The notes: generated from the letters alone by a model not told the origin. 64,000 bases of DNA from Nitrospirota bacterium (GCA_963818475.1 CAWFSF010000002.1:192001-256000); one strand, 5' to 3'; positions 10,475 to 20,001 are shown, counted from the first letter of the stretch. Program-made: numbers and translations.

Positions 10475-11257
10475 ATGCTCGTAATCGCGGACAATCTGAG
10501 TGTACGAAACAAAGCCTATATGGAAGCAGTGAAGAAGAAGGACAAAAAAGCGATCGAAGCCATGGCAAAGGAACTGGCTGAAAAGGGCGCGGACCTCATC
10601 ATCGTGCAGGTCTCGGACGACGGCAATGGCGACGAAGAGCTGCTGCCGCTCGCGACGGAGGCCGTTCAGCTGGGAGGGGGGGTGCCGCTCTGTCTCGATT
10701 CCCGCAACGTCAAAGCGCTCAAAAAAGCCATCCCGCTCTGCTCGGAGCCGCCGATCATCAACTACCTGTCTGCGGACGAAAAAAACCCCGATGAGATCCT
10801 TTCGCTTGTCCGGGAAACCAAGTCGAACATCATCATCCGGGCGCTCAAGGGCACCGTGCCCGCCACGCTCGAAGCCAAGCTGATGATCATCGAGGACCTG
10901 ATCGAGAAGGCCAACGCGGCCGATGTGCCGAACGAGCGGATCTTCGCCGACCCGTCGGTGGTGCACATCAGCAAGGCCATGGGGCAGGAGCACCTGCTGA
11001 ACGCCCATGAGAGCATCGTGGTGCTGAACGAGATGGTCGACCCGCCGCTCAACACGGTGGTCTGGATCTCGAACGTGACCTCGGGCCTGCCGAAAAACCT
11101 GAAGTCCACGGTGGCCTCGTCCTATCTTGCCTATCTCGCGGGAGCGGGCTTAAGCGCTGCCATGGTGGATGTGAAGGATGCGGAGCTCATGAAGGTGGTG
11201 TATCTGATCAAGACGTTCCGGGATGAGATCACCTTTGCGGCGGGGGATCTGGGGTAG
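10475..11257 (+). CDS. Pterin-binding protein, AcsE-like (methyltetrahydrofolate:corrinoid methyltransferase / DHPS fold)
   Basis: MLVIADNL start, LCLDS, IINY, ADP, ISNVTSG matching the MeTr pterin-binding pattern; RBS aggagg. Confidence 0.75.
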   Translation: MLVIADNLSVRNKAYMEAVKKKDKKAIEAMAKELAEKGADLIIVQVSDDGNGDEELLPLATEAVQLGGGVPLCLDSRNVKALKKAIPLCSEPPIINYLSADEKNPDEILSLVRETKSNIIIRALKGTVPATLEAKLMIIEDLIEKANAADVPNERIFADPSVVHISKAMGQEHLLNAHESIVVLNEMVDPPLNTVVWISNVTSGLPKNLKSTVASSYLAYLAGAGLSAAMVDVKDAELMKVVYLIKTFRDEITFAAGDLG

Positions 11258-11277
11258 AAGCGGCAGTACAACTCGAC

Positions 11278-11517
11278 TTACAAGGAAAAGGCGGGAAGCT
11301 GAAAGCTTCCCGCCTTTGTTATTACCGCTGTGGCCGTCGCGCTTCCCGCCAGAGCATGTAAGCAAGCGCCCCTAGAAGAATGCATGCAGGGACGCTGACC
11401 CATTGGGGAACGAATGAAGCCGTTCACGATGATTTCCCAGTGGAAATAGAGACGGAGCAGATGCGCGAGAGAAAGAATCGAAAATATGACTGCGGCGATG
11501 ATGGAAAATGGTTTCAT
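11278..11517 (-). CDS. Small membrane protein (C-terminus probably frameshifted)
   Basis: Hydrophobic N-terminus, AHLLRL, aaggag RBS upstream. Confidence 0.5.
   Translation of the reverse strand: MKPFSIIAAVIFSILSLAHLLRLYFHWEIIVNGFIRSPMGQRPCMHSSRGACLHALAGSATATAVITKAGSFQLPAFSL
11287..11317. terminator. Bidirectional intrinsic terminator
   Basis: aaaggcgggaagct-gaa-agcttcccgccttt hairpin between convergent genes. Confidence 0.8.
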
Positions 11518-11610
11518 GATTTATCTCCTTTCAAGTGTCGGCAGGTAAGTTGACTTCACCCGCAATTACTGCATGTATAAACGAACATCGAATATGGGTT
11601 GTAACTTATA

Positions 11611-11659
11611 CTTGAACAATGAGTTAAGCGGCTCAGGACGCTTGAACGATTGGTTAGTG
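11611..11659 (-). other. attC site 3 (short, terminal)
   Basis: Minus strand cactAAC-caatc-gttCaagcg-tcctgagc-cgcttaac-tcatt-GTTcaag; 5-nt spacers and extrahelical C. Confidence 0.7.
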
Positions 11660-11717
11660 CTTATCCTCTTTTGTCCAACGGCGAAGTTTGCCACTATTTC
11701 CATCCGATAATGTTCTC

Positions 11718-13418
11718 CTAAAGACCCTGGAAAGCCTCAATTATTGTTTCCAAGCTATCATCGCACGCCGCACATAAATGTTCAAAATGTTTACGAAAAC
11801 TGCCGTATTCTTGTAGCGCCTGCTTTCTAGCTACTTCTGCCTCACTTCCAGAAGCATGGCCTTTTAATATGGAACGTAAGTTATGGATTTCATGGAAGGG
11901 CGACATAAGTTGGTGCGCATGATCCTCCTCAAAGCCGACGGCGATAAGACATTCTTCAGTAAGCTTCAGTGCTCTTAACTTTATGTCAGGATTTCTGCCA
12001 CGTTCTTTTGCTTTTTTACGCAACCATTTTTCGTCTAAACCCTCAACCACAAGCTGATCGAGATTTAATATTTCCTCTGCCCATTCATCGCGGGAAGAGG
12101 TATACGGATAGTGAACTATTTTGGGCGCATCTTCTTCTCTTAGAATCCACCAGCCGACTTTTGAACGGTGTAGTTTTTCAAGCTTATACTTTAAGCTATT
12201 AAGTGCATCGTATCCTTGATAAAATTGACCTTCAAAGTCTGTCGTAATTGCTCTCTCAGAAAGTGGAGCTTTAGGCTTTTCGTTATATTGTTTCCAATGA
12301 AGCTGCTCTTCATAAGGAAGCTGACTCAAATATATTAGATAGGTATGGACTTGACCTGCTGCGTTAACATCGAAAGTTTTTAAGTGCCACGCACCACGGC
12401 AACCAACTGATCTGCTTTCCAACTGGTATTTAGCCCTATCGCTCTTGTATTTCAGCAAGACTTCGGGCTTAAAAAACGCGGGGGTTATCTCGAAGGGAAG
12501 ATCTGACTTAGTAAAATAATTGGATAAACATGCAGGGTCACATGCTATTTCGGCAATCCTTTTATTTTTCCAATCATACGCAATGAACGTTGCGTACTGC
12601 TTTGCCTTTTCAGATACAGGCCTGCCCCATATATTATTTATTATTTTATCCTTTGAAATACTGATATTCGCGACCTGAAATCCTCTTGAGTAGCTCCCGT
12701 AGCTCTCGGATATTACTAAGCTTCCAAAAATGTTATGCTTACCCTCAAATTGTATTGGAGTATTTCGATCGCCCCAGCCGGAAAAATTACCTGATTTATA
12801 TCGTGTAAAATCAAACATACGAACCAATAACATTTTGCTTACACTGGTGTACTCTCCAAGGATGGTTTTCTTGACCGTGATAATAGTGCCAGTTTCATTG
12901 TTAGGCAAGCCACTTATTTCTATGATTTTTACGACATCTTCAATATCGCCAAACTTATCGAGTCTACACCAAGCACTACGCTCGGACATAAAGTGAATTC
13001 CTAATACGTGAGATATTTTCTGTTCCACCTCAAAGTACAGCTTCTTAGATTCAACACCCTCAAAAGAGCGCCCAAATAATATCTGCTCCCCCTTTATGAG
13101 CGTCTTGCTTCCAGCATGAGCAAGGGGTCCTTCAATCCAAGCATCATCTGAAGAGCATGTAATCCCCCAGGTGGAAAAAGGATTATGATTCCAGCCTTGA
13201 AGATCGTCTACGGTTGAATCATCAATCTCAACCTCTGGTATTAGAACGGCATGAATAAAAATGTGTCGAAGCGACGCATAGATAATAATGGTTTCATCCT
13301 CTATTTCTTTTTCAAGAAAAGGTAGCACGTCCTCCTGTCGAACCCAGGAATTAAAGGCATCTTCCAGTAGTGGTTCGCTGTCAATCGATAAAATTTCCTT
13401 GAGGTCGTATAGGTTCAT
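11718..13418 (-). CDS. Integron cassette protein, 566 aa, C-terminal HEPN-like Rx5H motif
   Basis: Intact AT-rich ORF between attC sites; HNLRSILKGHA in a helical C-terminus. Confidence 0.7.
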   Translation of the reverse strand: MNLYDLKEILSIDSEPLLEDAFNSWVRQEDVLPFLEKEIEDETIIIYASLRHIFIHAVLIPEVEIDDSTVDDLQGWNHNPFSTWGITCSSDDAWIEGPLAHAGSKTLIKGEQILFGRSFEGVESKKLYFEVEQKISHVLGIHFMSERSAWCRLDKFGDIEDVVKIIEISGLPNNETGTIITVKKTILGEYTSVSKMLLVRMFDFTRYKSGNFSGWGDRNTPIQFEGKHNIFGSLVISESYGSYSRGFQVANISISKDKIINNIWGRPVSEKAKQYATFIAYDWKNKRIAEIACDPACLSNYFTKSDLPFEITPAFFKPEVLLKYKSDRAKYQLESRSVGCRGAWHLKTFDVNAAGQVHTYLIYLSQLPYEEQLHWKQYNEKPKAPLSERAITTDFEGQFYQGYDALNSLKYKLEKLHRSKVGWWILREEDAPKIVHYPYTSSRDEWAEEILNLDQLVVEGLDEKWLRKKAKERGRNPDIKLRALKLTEECLIAVGFEEDHAHQLMSPFHEIHNLRSILKGHASGSEAEVARKQALQEYGSFRKHFEHLCAACDDSLETIIEAFQGL

Positions 13419-13458
13419 TACTTATTCAATGATTGGGCAAATCTTCACATCCGGCTCA

Positions 13459-13515
13459 TGATAACGACGAGTTCACACACCAGCGAAGCGGTCGGCGTGG
13501 AACGATTTGTTATGT
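13459..13515 (-). other. attC site 2
   Basis: Minus strand acatAAC-aaatc-gttCcacgccgaccgc-ttc-gctggtgtgtgaac-tcgtc-GTTatca; abuts the upstream stop codon. Confidence 0.85.
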
Positions 13516-14471
13516 TAGCATCCACTGGTGTGAGTATGAACAACCAAGAGCTCGCCAGAAGGATCAAGATAGTAAGTTATTTCATTGTTTGTTTCAATGA
13601 AATCGGGAAGGCCATCATATGTAACATCAAAGGCGCCTGTGACATCAAACCTGTAAATTGGGCCTAGGTCTTTATCTTTTCCATCAGCTTTCATGTCAAG
13701 CCGGGAAGCTACGCATTTTTCATCTCGACCATCTCCGACATAAAATACTGGCTCGTTTCCCTTTTGAAAATATATTAGGTAAAAGTCAGCAGTTCTTCCT
13801 TGAAAACGTAAGGGGCGATTCGAGGTCAGTATTTTGTCTAAATCTTTGAGCTTTAGAGTGACGATGATTACTCTTAAAGAATGTGGGGTCTTTCCTATTG
13901 TTGTGATTTCATAGCTAACATCTGCAATATTAGATTTTGTAACTGGCATATTCGATTTCTTGTCGAGAATAATCTTCCTGTCATAAATGTCCCTCAAGAT
14001 GGATTCCGCATATCCAGGCTTCGATCTAGATTTCTCGAAGGCAAGTTCATCCGTGAGCCAGAGCGTGTTAGTATTTTTAACATAACGCCCGTAGCCGCGC
14101 GAAGGGATATTACTTATATCAAAAACATCATTTGGGATTCTAATTAGACCCTCCCACTCCACATTGTGCGTTATTAGATGGAGTTTATTATCGGGAAGCT
14201 CGAGGACTGAATTTTTATACTTGATTTTGAACTTCGTCGCATTGCCCTGCATCCCAGAGGAATACATCCAATCGGTAAATGGAGTTACTCCAGTAATGAT
14301 TAGGCCGCTATCATCTTTCTTGTAAGCAAATGTGAAATAGTTCGCATTATTATCAGCCCTTCCATATTTTGCTATTGTGTGAAAACCATATGGGGCAATT
14401 TCACAATTTGCGGAGGCATGTATAGGTAAGGTTAACGTAAAAACAATTAATGCAAAGTTTCGCCATCTCAT
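13515..14471 (-). CDS. Integron cassette protein, secreted hypothetical (318 aa)
   Basis: Signal peptide ending HASA; RBS aaaggag just after the attC1 core site. Confidence 0.75.
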   Translation of the reverse strand: MRWRNFALIVFTLTLPIHASANCEIAPYGFHTIAKYGRADNNANYFTFAYKKDDSGLIITGVTPFTDWMYSSGMQGNATKFKIKYKNSVLELPDNKLHLITHNVEWEGLIRIPNDVFDISNIPSRGYGRYVKNTNTLWLTDELAFEKSRSKPGYAESILRDIYDRKIILDKKSNMPVTKSNIADVSYEITTIGKTPHSLRVIIVTLKLKDLDKILTSNRPLRFQGRTADFYLIYFQKGNEPVFYVGDGRDEKCVASRLDMKADGKDKDLGPIYRFDVTGAFDVTYDGLPDFIETNNEITYYLDPSGELLVVHTHTSGC

Positions 14472-14488
14472 GAATACGACTCCTTTCT

Positions 14489-14551
14489 ATATAACGTGCC
14501 GCTGTGGGGCGCGCGGCTTTTTGCGCGTCTCACACCAGCGGATGGTTGGCC
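14489..14551 (-). other. attC site 1
   Basis: Minus strand ggccAAC-catcc-gctGgtg-tgagacgcgc-aaaaagcc-gcgcgccc-cacagc-ggcac-GTTatat. Confidence 0.9.
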
Positions 14552-14557
14552 CTTTGT

Positions 14558-15475
14558 TCAATAAATCAATGAGTCAAGGTTTGATACGTCCAGCTCTTTT
14601 GCTTTCCGATAAATGATATATTCTTTTGTTTCCCAGAATTCCTTTTGAAACTCAGTGATAATTTTCTTTATACTTTCCAGAACCACTACGAGTTTCTTGT
14701 TAAGCTGAGGCATAATTTGGGTAAAAGTTAAATTATGTAGATTATAATAAGAATCTTTCCACGTTTTATTGTCTTCATTATAAATGTCTGATAGCCATTT
14801 GATGTCCCAGTCTATTGCCAACACGTTGCAAAGGTTATGCAATGTCATGTAAATATGGGTAAACATTAATTCATCATCTGGCTCTATTCCTATAAATGGA
14901 TCTAACTCCTGGTTTTCCATTATGAACTCATAATATTGAGGTAAGTGAATTAAGAGAAGCCTTGATAATTCAGTTAGCTCTTTGAAGTTTTTTTCTTGAA
15001 TGTAGTAGATTATGAAATTTAATAATCCTTGGTCGTCATCAAGCATATGCTTGGTGCTTAATGTAAAACTTAAACTTTGCTGGAGCTTATATTTTTTATA
15101 TTGATTTCTAACTTGGTTTTTTATTGGGGCAAAATACAGTTTCTTTGTCGAAGTTTCAGCAACGCATAAAAAAACCGGAACTGCAAGATTCATCCAATAG
15201 TTAATTGTTTCAATCTTTACTCCAGAAAATTTCGCTTCTTGTCGGTTTTGTTTTTCATTTTGCTTCCATTCGAGACTTTCTGTTCCTTTAAGTTGGATTG
15301 ATATTAGATCACCTCTGACAGAACCATCGCTGCCTACCATTTCAAGATAGCAGTCAACACCATAATCTCGTTCGGTGACTCCTCTAAGCAGCCATTCAGA
15401 AGGAACTGAATTCTGTAGAATTTTCCACGAATCAGTTTCTTTAATATGTGTAGAAGGTCTTTGTGGAAATTTCAT
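14558..15475 (-). CDS. Integron cassette protein, DUF4365-like PD-(D/E)xK nuclease domain
   Basis: ERDYGVDCYLE...IQLKGT...INYW...VPVFL pattern at the N-terminus. Confidence 0.8.
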   Translation of the reverse strand: MKFPQRPSTHIKETDSWKILQNSVPSEWLLRGVTERDYGVDCYLEMVGSDGSVRGDLISIQLKGTESLEWKQNEKQNRQEAKFSGVKIETINYWMNLAVPVFLCVAETSTKKLYFAPIKNQVRNQYKKYKLQQSLSFTLSTKHMLDDDQGLLNFIIYYIQEKNFKELTELSRLLLIHLPQYYEFIMENQELDPFIGIEPDDELMFTHIYMTLHNLCNVLAIDWDIKWLSDIYNEDNKTWKDSYYNLHNLTFTQIMPQLNKKLVVVLESIKKIITEFQKEFWETKEYIIYRKAKELDVSNLDSLIY

Positions 15476-15879
15476 AATTTAAGGCCAACAAGTTATTGAC
15501 TATCCCCCTTGTTTTCAGGTCTTTACTATGGGGGATAGTAAAGAACGGATTTCCGTTCTTTACTAGTTTAGCAAGGAATATGCCAGTATTAGCTAAACGG
15601 AACAAGAGATCGCATATTAGATGCCAGCATTTCAATACTATATGCGCTTTCCCTTACATGTAGGCAGAATATATGCTTAATCCGCGACGTTGTCAAAGAT
15701 TCCGATGGGGTAATTTAAGGGTAATTGCCGAAGGTACGGTTTGTAACTTTATGTATTGCGAAGGATGGAAACTACAACGAGTTCAGGAAGAAGTATTCTT
15801 AGCAGAGTATAACAGCTCTCATCCCGAAATTGGAGCGTTGTCAAGGCACGTAATGATAACGAAGGGAATCGGCAGGCGG

Positions 15880-16904
15880 TTACCGCTGCGAATATTCCTT
15901 CTGCACTTCCGGAACAAGCCGCTGGTACTCCTCGTAGGGGATCTTCGATTTCCAGTTGTCCGTCACCATCCCCAGGCCGATGATCAGGTAGAAGAGAATG
16001 ATGAGGACCACCGGGAAGAGGTACGGGCTTACGGTCCTGACCTTGGGTCCTGCACGGAGCGTGAGTTCCAGCGCGCCCTCTGAGCCGGGCAGCGGCTCAC
16101 GCAGGTGAGGCAGCCGAAACATTCCGCCGACCTCACGACCTCGCTCTTCTCCACATCGATCTGGGTCGGGCAGTGTTTGGTGCAGGCGTGGCAATGGGTG
16201 CATTTCTGCTCGTTCCGCTGGACCTTGAAGGGGCTGAACCGGCTCACGAGACCCAGAAGCGCGCCGTAGGGGCAGAGATAGCGGCACCAGAAGTTCTTAT
16301 ACAGCACCGATAAGCCGACGAGCACCACCAGCACCCAGAACGTGACCTGCGTCATCTCGGTGAAGAACTTCATCATGCGAACGTCCGCGAGTTTGTAATA
16401 GTCGCTGATATAGAACATCGCCATCGACCACATGGGCATGACCCCGATAGCGACGACAAAGAGACCCATCAGGACGTACTTGAGCGACCGGAGCGAGATG
16501 TCCGTAAAACCGGAGATACGGAAGTTCCTTCCGAAGACCTTTTCCCCGGCCATCCAGATATACTGCGACACCGTGCCGACAGGGCAGATCCAGCCACAGA
16601 AGCCTTTTTTCATGACCAGTGAAACGCCGAGGATCGCCGCGAACATGATGAAGCCCGAGGGATGCACCGGCTCGACAATGCCGGTCAGGATGAAGTACTT
16701 GAAGTCCATGAGCCCGCCGATGGGCAGGAAGGCGTCCACGGACGCGGGCCGCTCGACAAAGGGATGGCCCGGCGATACGAAGTGCTGAACGAACTGATAA
16801 AAACGATAGCCGATGAAGAGCGTGATCAGGAGAAAACCGAACTGGACGGCATAGCGGACGAATCGTATGGCGCTGGGATGTTTTATCATGGGATATTGTA
16901 CCAT
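15880..16904 (-). CDS. Membrane 4Fe-4S protein (NapH/MauN/YccM-like), frameshift near C-terminus
   Basis: FCGWICPVG, WCRYLCPYG, CTHCHACTKHCP, CFGCLTCVSRCP. Confidence 0.88.
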
Positions 16905-16937
16905 CGCTCGGCCAGCGCAGGTATGACGGCAATCATA

Positions 16938-17276
16938 TTACAATTTCTTCTTTTCGATCACCCGCTCCATACCGAGCCGTGTTGCCGAGAATCCGTGGGA
17001 AGAAGGATCTTCTTCTTTTTTAACCGCATTGAAAAAATCACAACGCCAGCAGTTGGTCAGTTTCTGGGCATAGGTGCCCTGGATCTTTCCTCCGCAGAGC
17101 GAACCTGCGATGACCCAGCAGGCACGGCCCGCATTCTTTCCGCCGTGGGCGCCATGCAGTTCATCGTGCGTGGTCACGGGGCAGACTCCAAGCTCGGTCG
17201 TTCTGGGTCCTCCCGGGTATCGCCCGCAGTTTTTATGTTCCCAGCAATTCTTCCGTGTAACATCATCGAGTTTCAT
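16938..17276 (-). CDS. Two-CW domain Cys-rich small protein
   Basis: NCWEHKNCGR, CP, GRACWVIAGSLCGG, CWRCDFF. Confidence 0.8.
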   Translation of the reverse strand: MKLDDVTRKNCWEHKNCGRYPGGPRTTELGVCPVTTHDELHGAHGGKNAGRACWVIAGSLCGGKIQGTYAQKLTNCWRCDFFNAVKKEEDPSSHGFSATRLGMERVIEKKKL

Positions 17277-17518
17277 ATAAAAGCCTCTTTTCCATAATAA
17301 TAAATAGAACCTGCAACGAGCAGATTATTTTCGAGCGACAATATACCGTGGGCAACGCTCCAAAGTCAATATTTTTTCGATGGTTGATTCATGATTTTAT
17401 CGTCAGCACAGCCCGCGCTCCTGAGCAGAATAATGCAGACCGGGAGCCGTGCGATGGCACACACAGGTCCGCGCAGGTAACGCTTTACACCTTCAGGAGA
17501 GTATGCTATTTTTTCTGC

Positions 17519-18899
17519 ATGCGCCACGACCTTCAAGAATTTTTCTATCCGAAAACCGTTGCCGTAATCGGCGCCACCGACAATCCCCTCAAGCCCGGAC
17601 GGGCGATTCTCGAAAACCTGTCTTTTTTTAACGGTGCGGTCTATCCGGTAAATCCAAAGCATACAACGCTGCTCGGCCACCACTGTTATGCCTCGATCCG
17701 TGAAGTGCCGGATAAGATCGACCTTGCCATTGTCGCCCTTCCGGCGCCGCTCGTGGAACAGGAGATGGATGAACTGGGAAACAAGGGCATCCGCCGGGCC
17801 ATCATCATCAGCTCGGGCTTTGCCGAATCAGGAAACGACGGTTCGGCCAGGCAGCAGCGGATCGCGGCAATCGCGCGGCAATTCAACATCAGGGTTATCG
17901 GGCCCAATGCCCTCGGCATCTACAACTCTGCCAACGGCCTTGACAGCTTTTTCGTGTCCGCGCACGCGGGTGTCGCGCCCGACCGCCGGCCGCCTTTCGA
18001 TCATTTCCCAGAGCGGCGCCATTACCGTTATCCTGATGGAAGCACTGGCGCGCGACGGCATAGGCATTGCGAAGGCCGTGAACTACGGCAACCGCCTTGA
18101 TATCGACGATGCCGACTGCCTCGATTACCTTGCCGATGACCCCGAGACGCATGTTGTTGCCATGTACATGGAGTCCGTGGGGGACGGCAAAAAGTTCCTC
18201 GCAGCGGCAAAACGCTTTTCCTCCGTGAAACCGCTCGTCATCTGGAAAGCCGGCAAGTTCGAGACCGGGGCCTCGGCTGTCAGATCCCACACCGCCACGC
18301 TCGCCGGCAGATACAGCCTGTACCAGGCGGCGTTCCGCCAGGCGAAGGCCCTCGAGGCCGTAACGTTCGATCACCTTATCGACTCGGCAAAAGCTCTGGC
18401 GATCATGAACTATCACTGCGTGGGAAACCGCCTGCTCGTGCTCACGAACGGCGGCGGCCTTGCTGTAGCTGCCGCTGATCAGGCGAGCAGGGAAGGCTTC
18501 ACCATGCCGCGCACCTCCGACGACGTGCGGACCAGGCTGGGAGCCTCGTTCCCGCCTTTCTTTGTCCTGAACAATCCCATCGACCTCACCGGAAGCGGAA
18601 AAAACGAGGATTACTACACTGCGCTCAAGGAGGCGCTGCCTCACTATGATGCAGCCGTCGTGATCGTACTTATGGGTGCGACCACGGTCACCGAGCCGGT
18701 CACTGAACTCATCGCCCGCGCCTGCCACGAGACCAAAAAACCAATCGCCTGCTGCCTGCTGCAAGGGCTCGGTTATACGCAGGAGGCCATGTCCGCCCTG
18801 CTCAAACTCGGCGTCCCGGTCTACCCTTCACCGGAGCGGGCAGTGCGCGCACTTGCGGCGATCAGGAAGGTGACCTGCAGAGGTGAAAGTTCAGAGTAA
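17519..18899 (+). CDS. ADP-forming acyl-CoA synthetase alpha subunit, frameshifted near 17960
   Basis: VAVIGAT, VYPVNP, IGPNALG, ISQSGA, SHTATLAG, TNGGG, NPIDLTG. Confidence 0.88.
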
Positions 18900-18916
18900 A
18901 AAAAATCGCGGCGGCA

Positions 18917-19169
18917 GTCGTAAAAAGTCGGATTTAACCACGGAGGCACAGAGGGCACGGAGGAAAACCTTTTATTACCAATTTGCTTTTCTCTGTGTCT
19001 CAGTGTCTCTGTGGTGGAGTTTAGCCTTTTACGAGATCGTCAATATTAATGCAAACGAATTAAATATTGTTACATCCAAGAAAGCCCCCCCTCGCCCTAC
19101 CCTCTCCCCGCTGGGGAGAGGACAAAGGTGAGGGGCAAATCAGTAACGAATCTAAATGCGTTTGTGTTA
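18917..19169. repeat. Mosaic of nested palindromic elements
   Basis: gtcgtaaaaag/cttttacga ends around a 9-nt-periodic hairpin (18937-19015); second inverted pair 19047-19072/19144-19169 around a ccctctcccc-ggggagagg hairpin. Confidence 0.7.
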
Positions 19170-19182
19170 GTTCTGAATAATT

Positions 19183-19887
19183 ATGAAAACTCCGGCAGAC
19201 ATAATAGCAACGGCACTACAGGAAGGACGCGCGGCTCTCCTTGAACACGAGGCAAAAGAGATCGTTCGCAGCGCAGGGATCATGGTGCCCCGGTTTGAGG
19301 TTGCAGGCCCGGACGATCACGAGGCGATCGTGGCAGCCGCTGACAAGCTCGGTTTTCCCCTGGCGCTCAAGGCTGTTTCCGCCGATATTCTGCACAAGAC
19401 CGATGCCGGCGCGGTGATGCTGAACATCGCGAACCGGTCGGCGCTTGCGGCGTCCATACCGGCAATGAAGAACATGATCGCGGCCCGGGCGCCGGGCGCG
19501 GTGATACGGCTTTTCCTCCTGGAGAAGATGATGCCTGCTGGATTGGAGCTTTTGATCGGCGGATTGCGCGACGAGCAGTTCGGACCGTCAGTCGCCTTTG
19601 GGCTCGGCGGGGTCTGGGTCGAGGCGCTTCAGGATGCGGTTTTCGGCATTCTGCCCATGACGCGGCAGGAGCAGCTCGCCATGATCGCTGAAACAAAGGC
19701 CGGCGCGTTCATGAAAGGATTCCGCGGAAGCGCGCCGCTCGATCTGGAGGCGGCGCTTGCAGCGATCAACGCCGTCTCGTCCCTCCTGACCAGCCACCCC
19801 GAGATCGTCGAGATCGACCTGAATCCGGTCCGGCTTTACCCGAGGGGCGCTGTGGCACTGGATACGAGGATCGTGCTGCGGCGCTAG
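19183..19887 (+). CDS. ADP-forming acyl-CoA synthetase beta subunit (ATP-grasp)
   Basis: LEHEAK, FPLALK, HKTDAGAV, FGP, GLGGVWVE, EIDLNP. Confidence 0.9.
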   Translation: MKTPADIIATALQEGRAALLEHEAKEIVRSAGIMVPRFEVAGPDDHEAIVAAADKLGFPLALKAVSADILHKTDAGAVMLNIANRSALAASIPAMKNMIAARAPGAVIRLFLLEKMMPAGLELLIGGLRDEQFGPSVAFGLGGVWVEALQDAVFGILPMTRQEQLAMIAETKAGAFMKGFRGSAPLDLEAALAAINAVSSLLTSHPEIVEIDLNPVRLYPRGAVALDTRIVLRR

Positions 19888-19910
19888 GGTGGAAGGTTGT
19901 CCCAAGTGCT

Positions 19911-20001
19911 GTCATTGCGAGGAGCGAAGCGACGCGGCAATCTCAATTTATCAGACGGCGACAAACTGCGAGATTGCTTCGCCACGCTCGCAAAGACGGC
20001 T
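19911..20001 (+). repeat. About 90-bp REP/MITE-like element, copy A
   Basis: gtcattgcgaggagcgaagcgacgcggcaatctc...gagattgcttcgccacgctcgcaaagac; inverted homologue at 47541-47630. Confidence 0.85.

Larger units (their letters stand above)
11611..15489 (-). mobile_element. Integrase-less integron cassette array (CALIN), 3 cassettes
   Basis: Three co-oriented attC sites; first core site GTTGGCC (15483-15489) is complementary to the attC1 inverse core; AT-rich; no intI in window. Confidence 0.82.

Noticed and set aside
11660-11717. Extra attC remnant (gagaac...gttggac on the minus strand)
   Set aside because: Core-like ends are present but I found no complementary L boxes
15600-16083. Integron integrase or remnant upstream of the cassettes
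   Set aside because: ORF 15673-16083 lacks tyrosine recombinase motifs and is partly antisense to the 4Fe-4S gene
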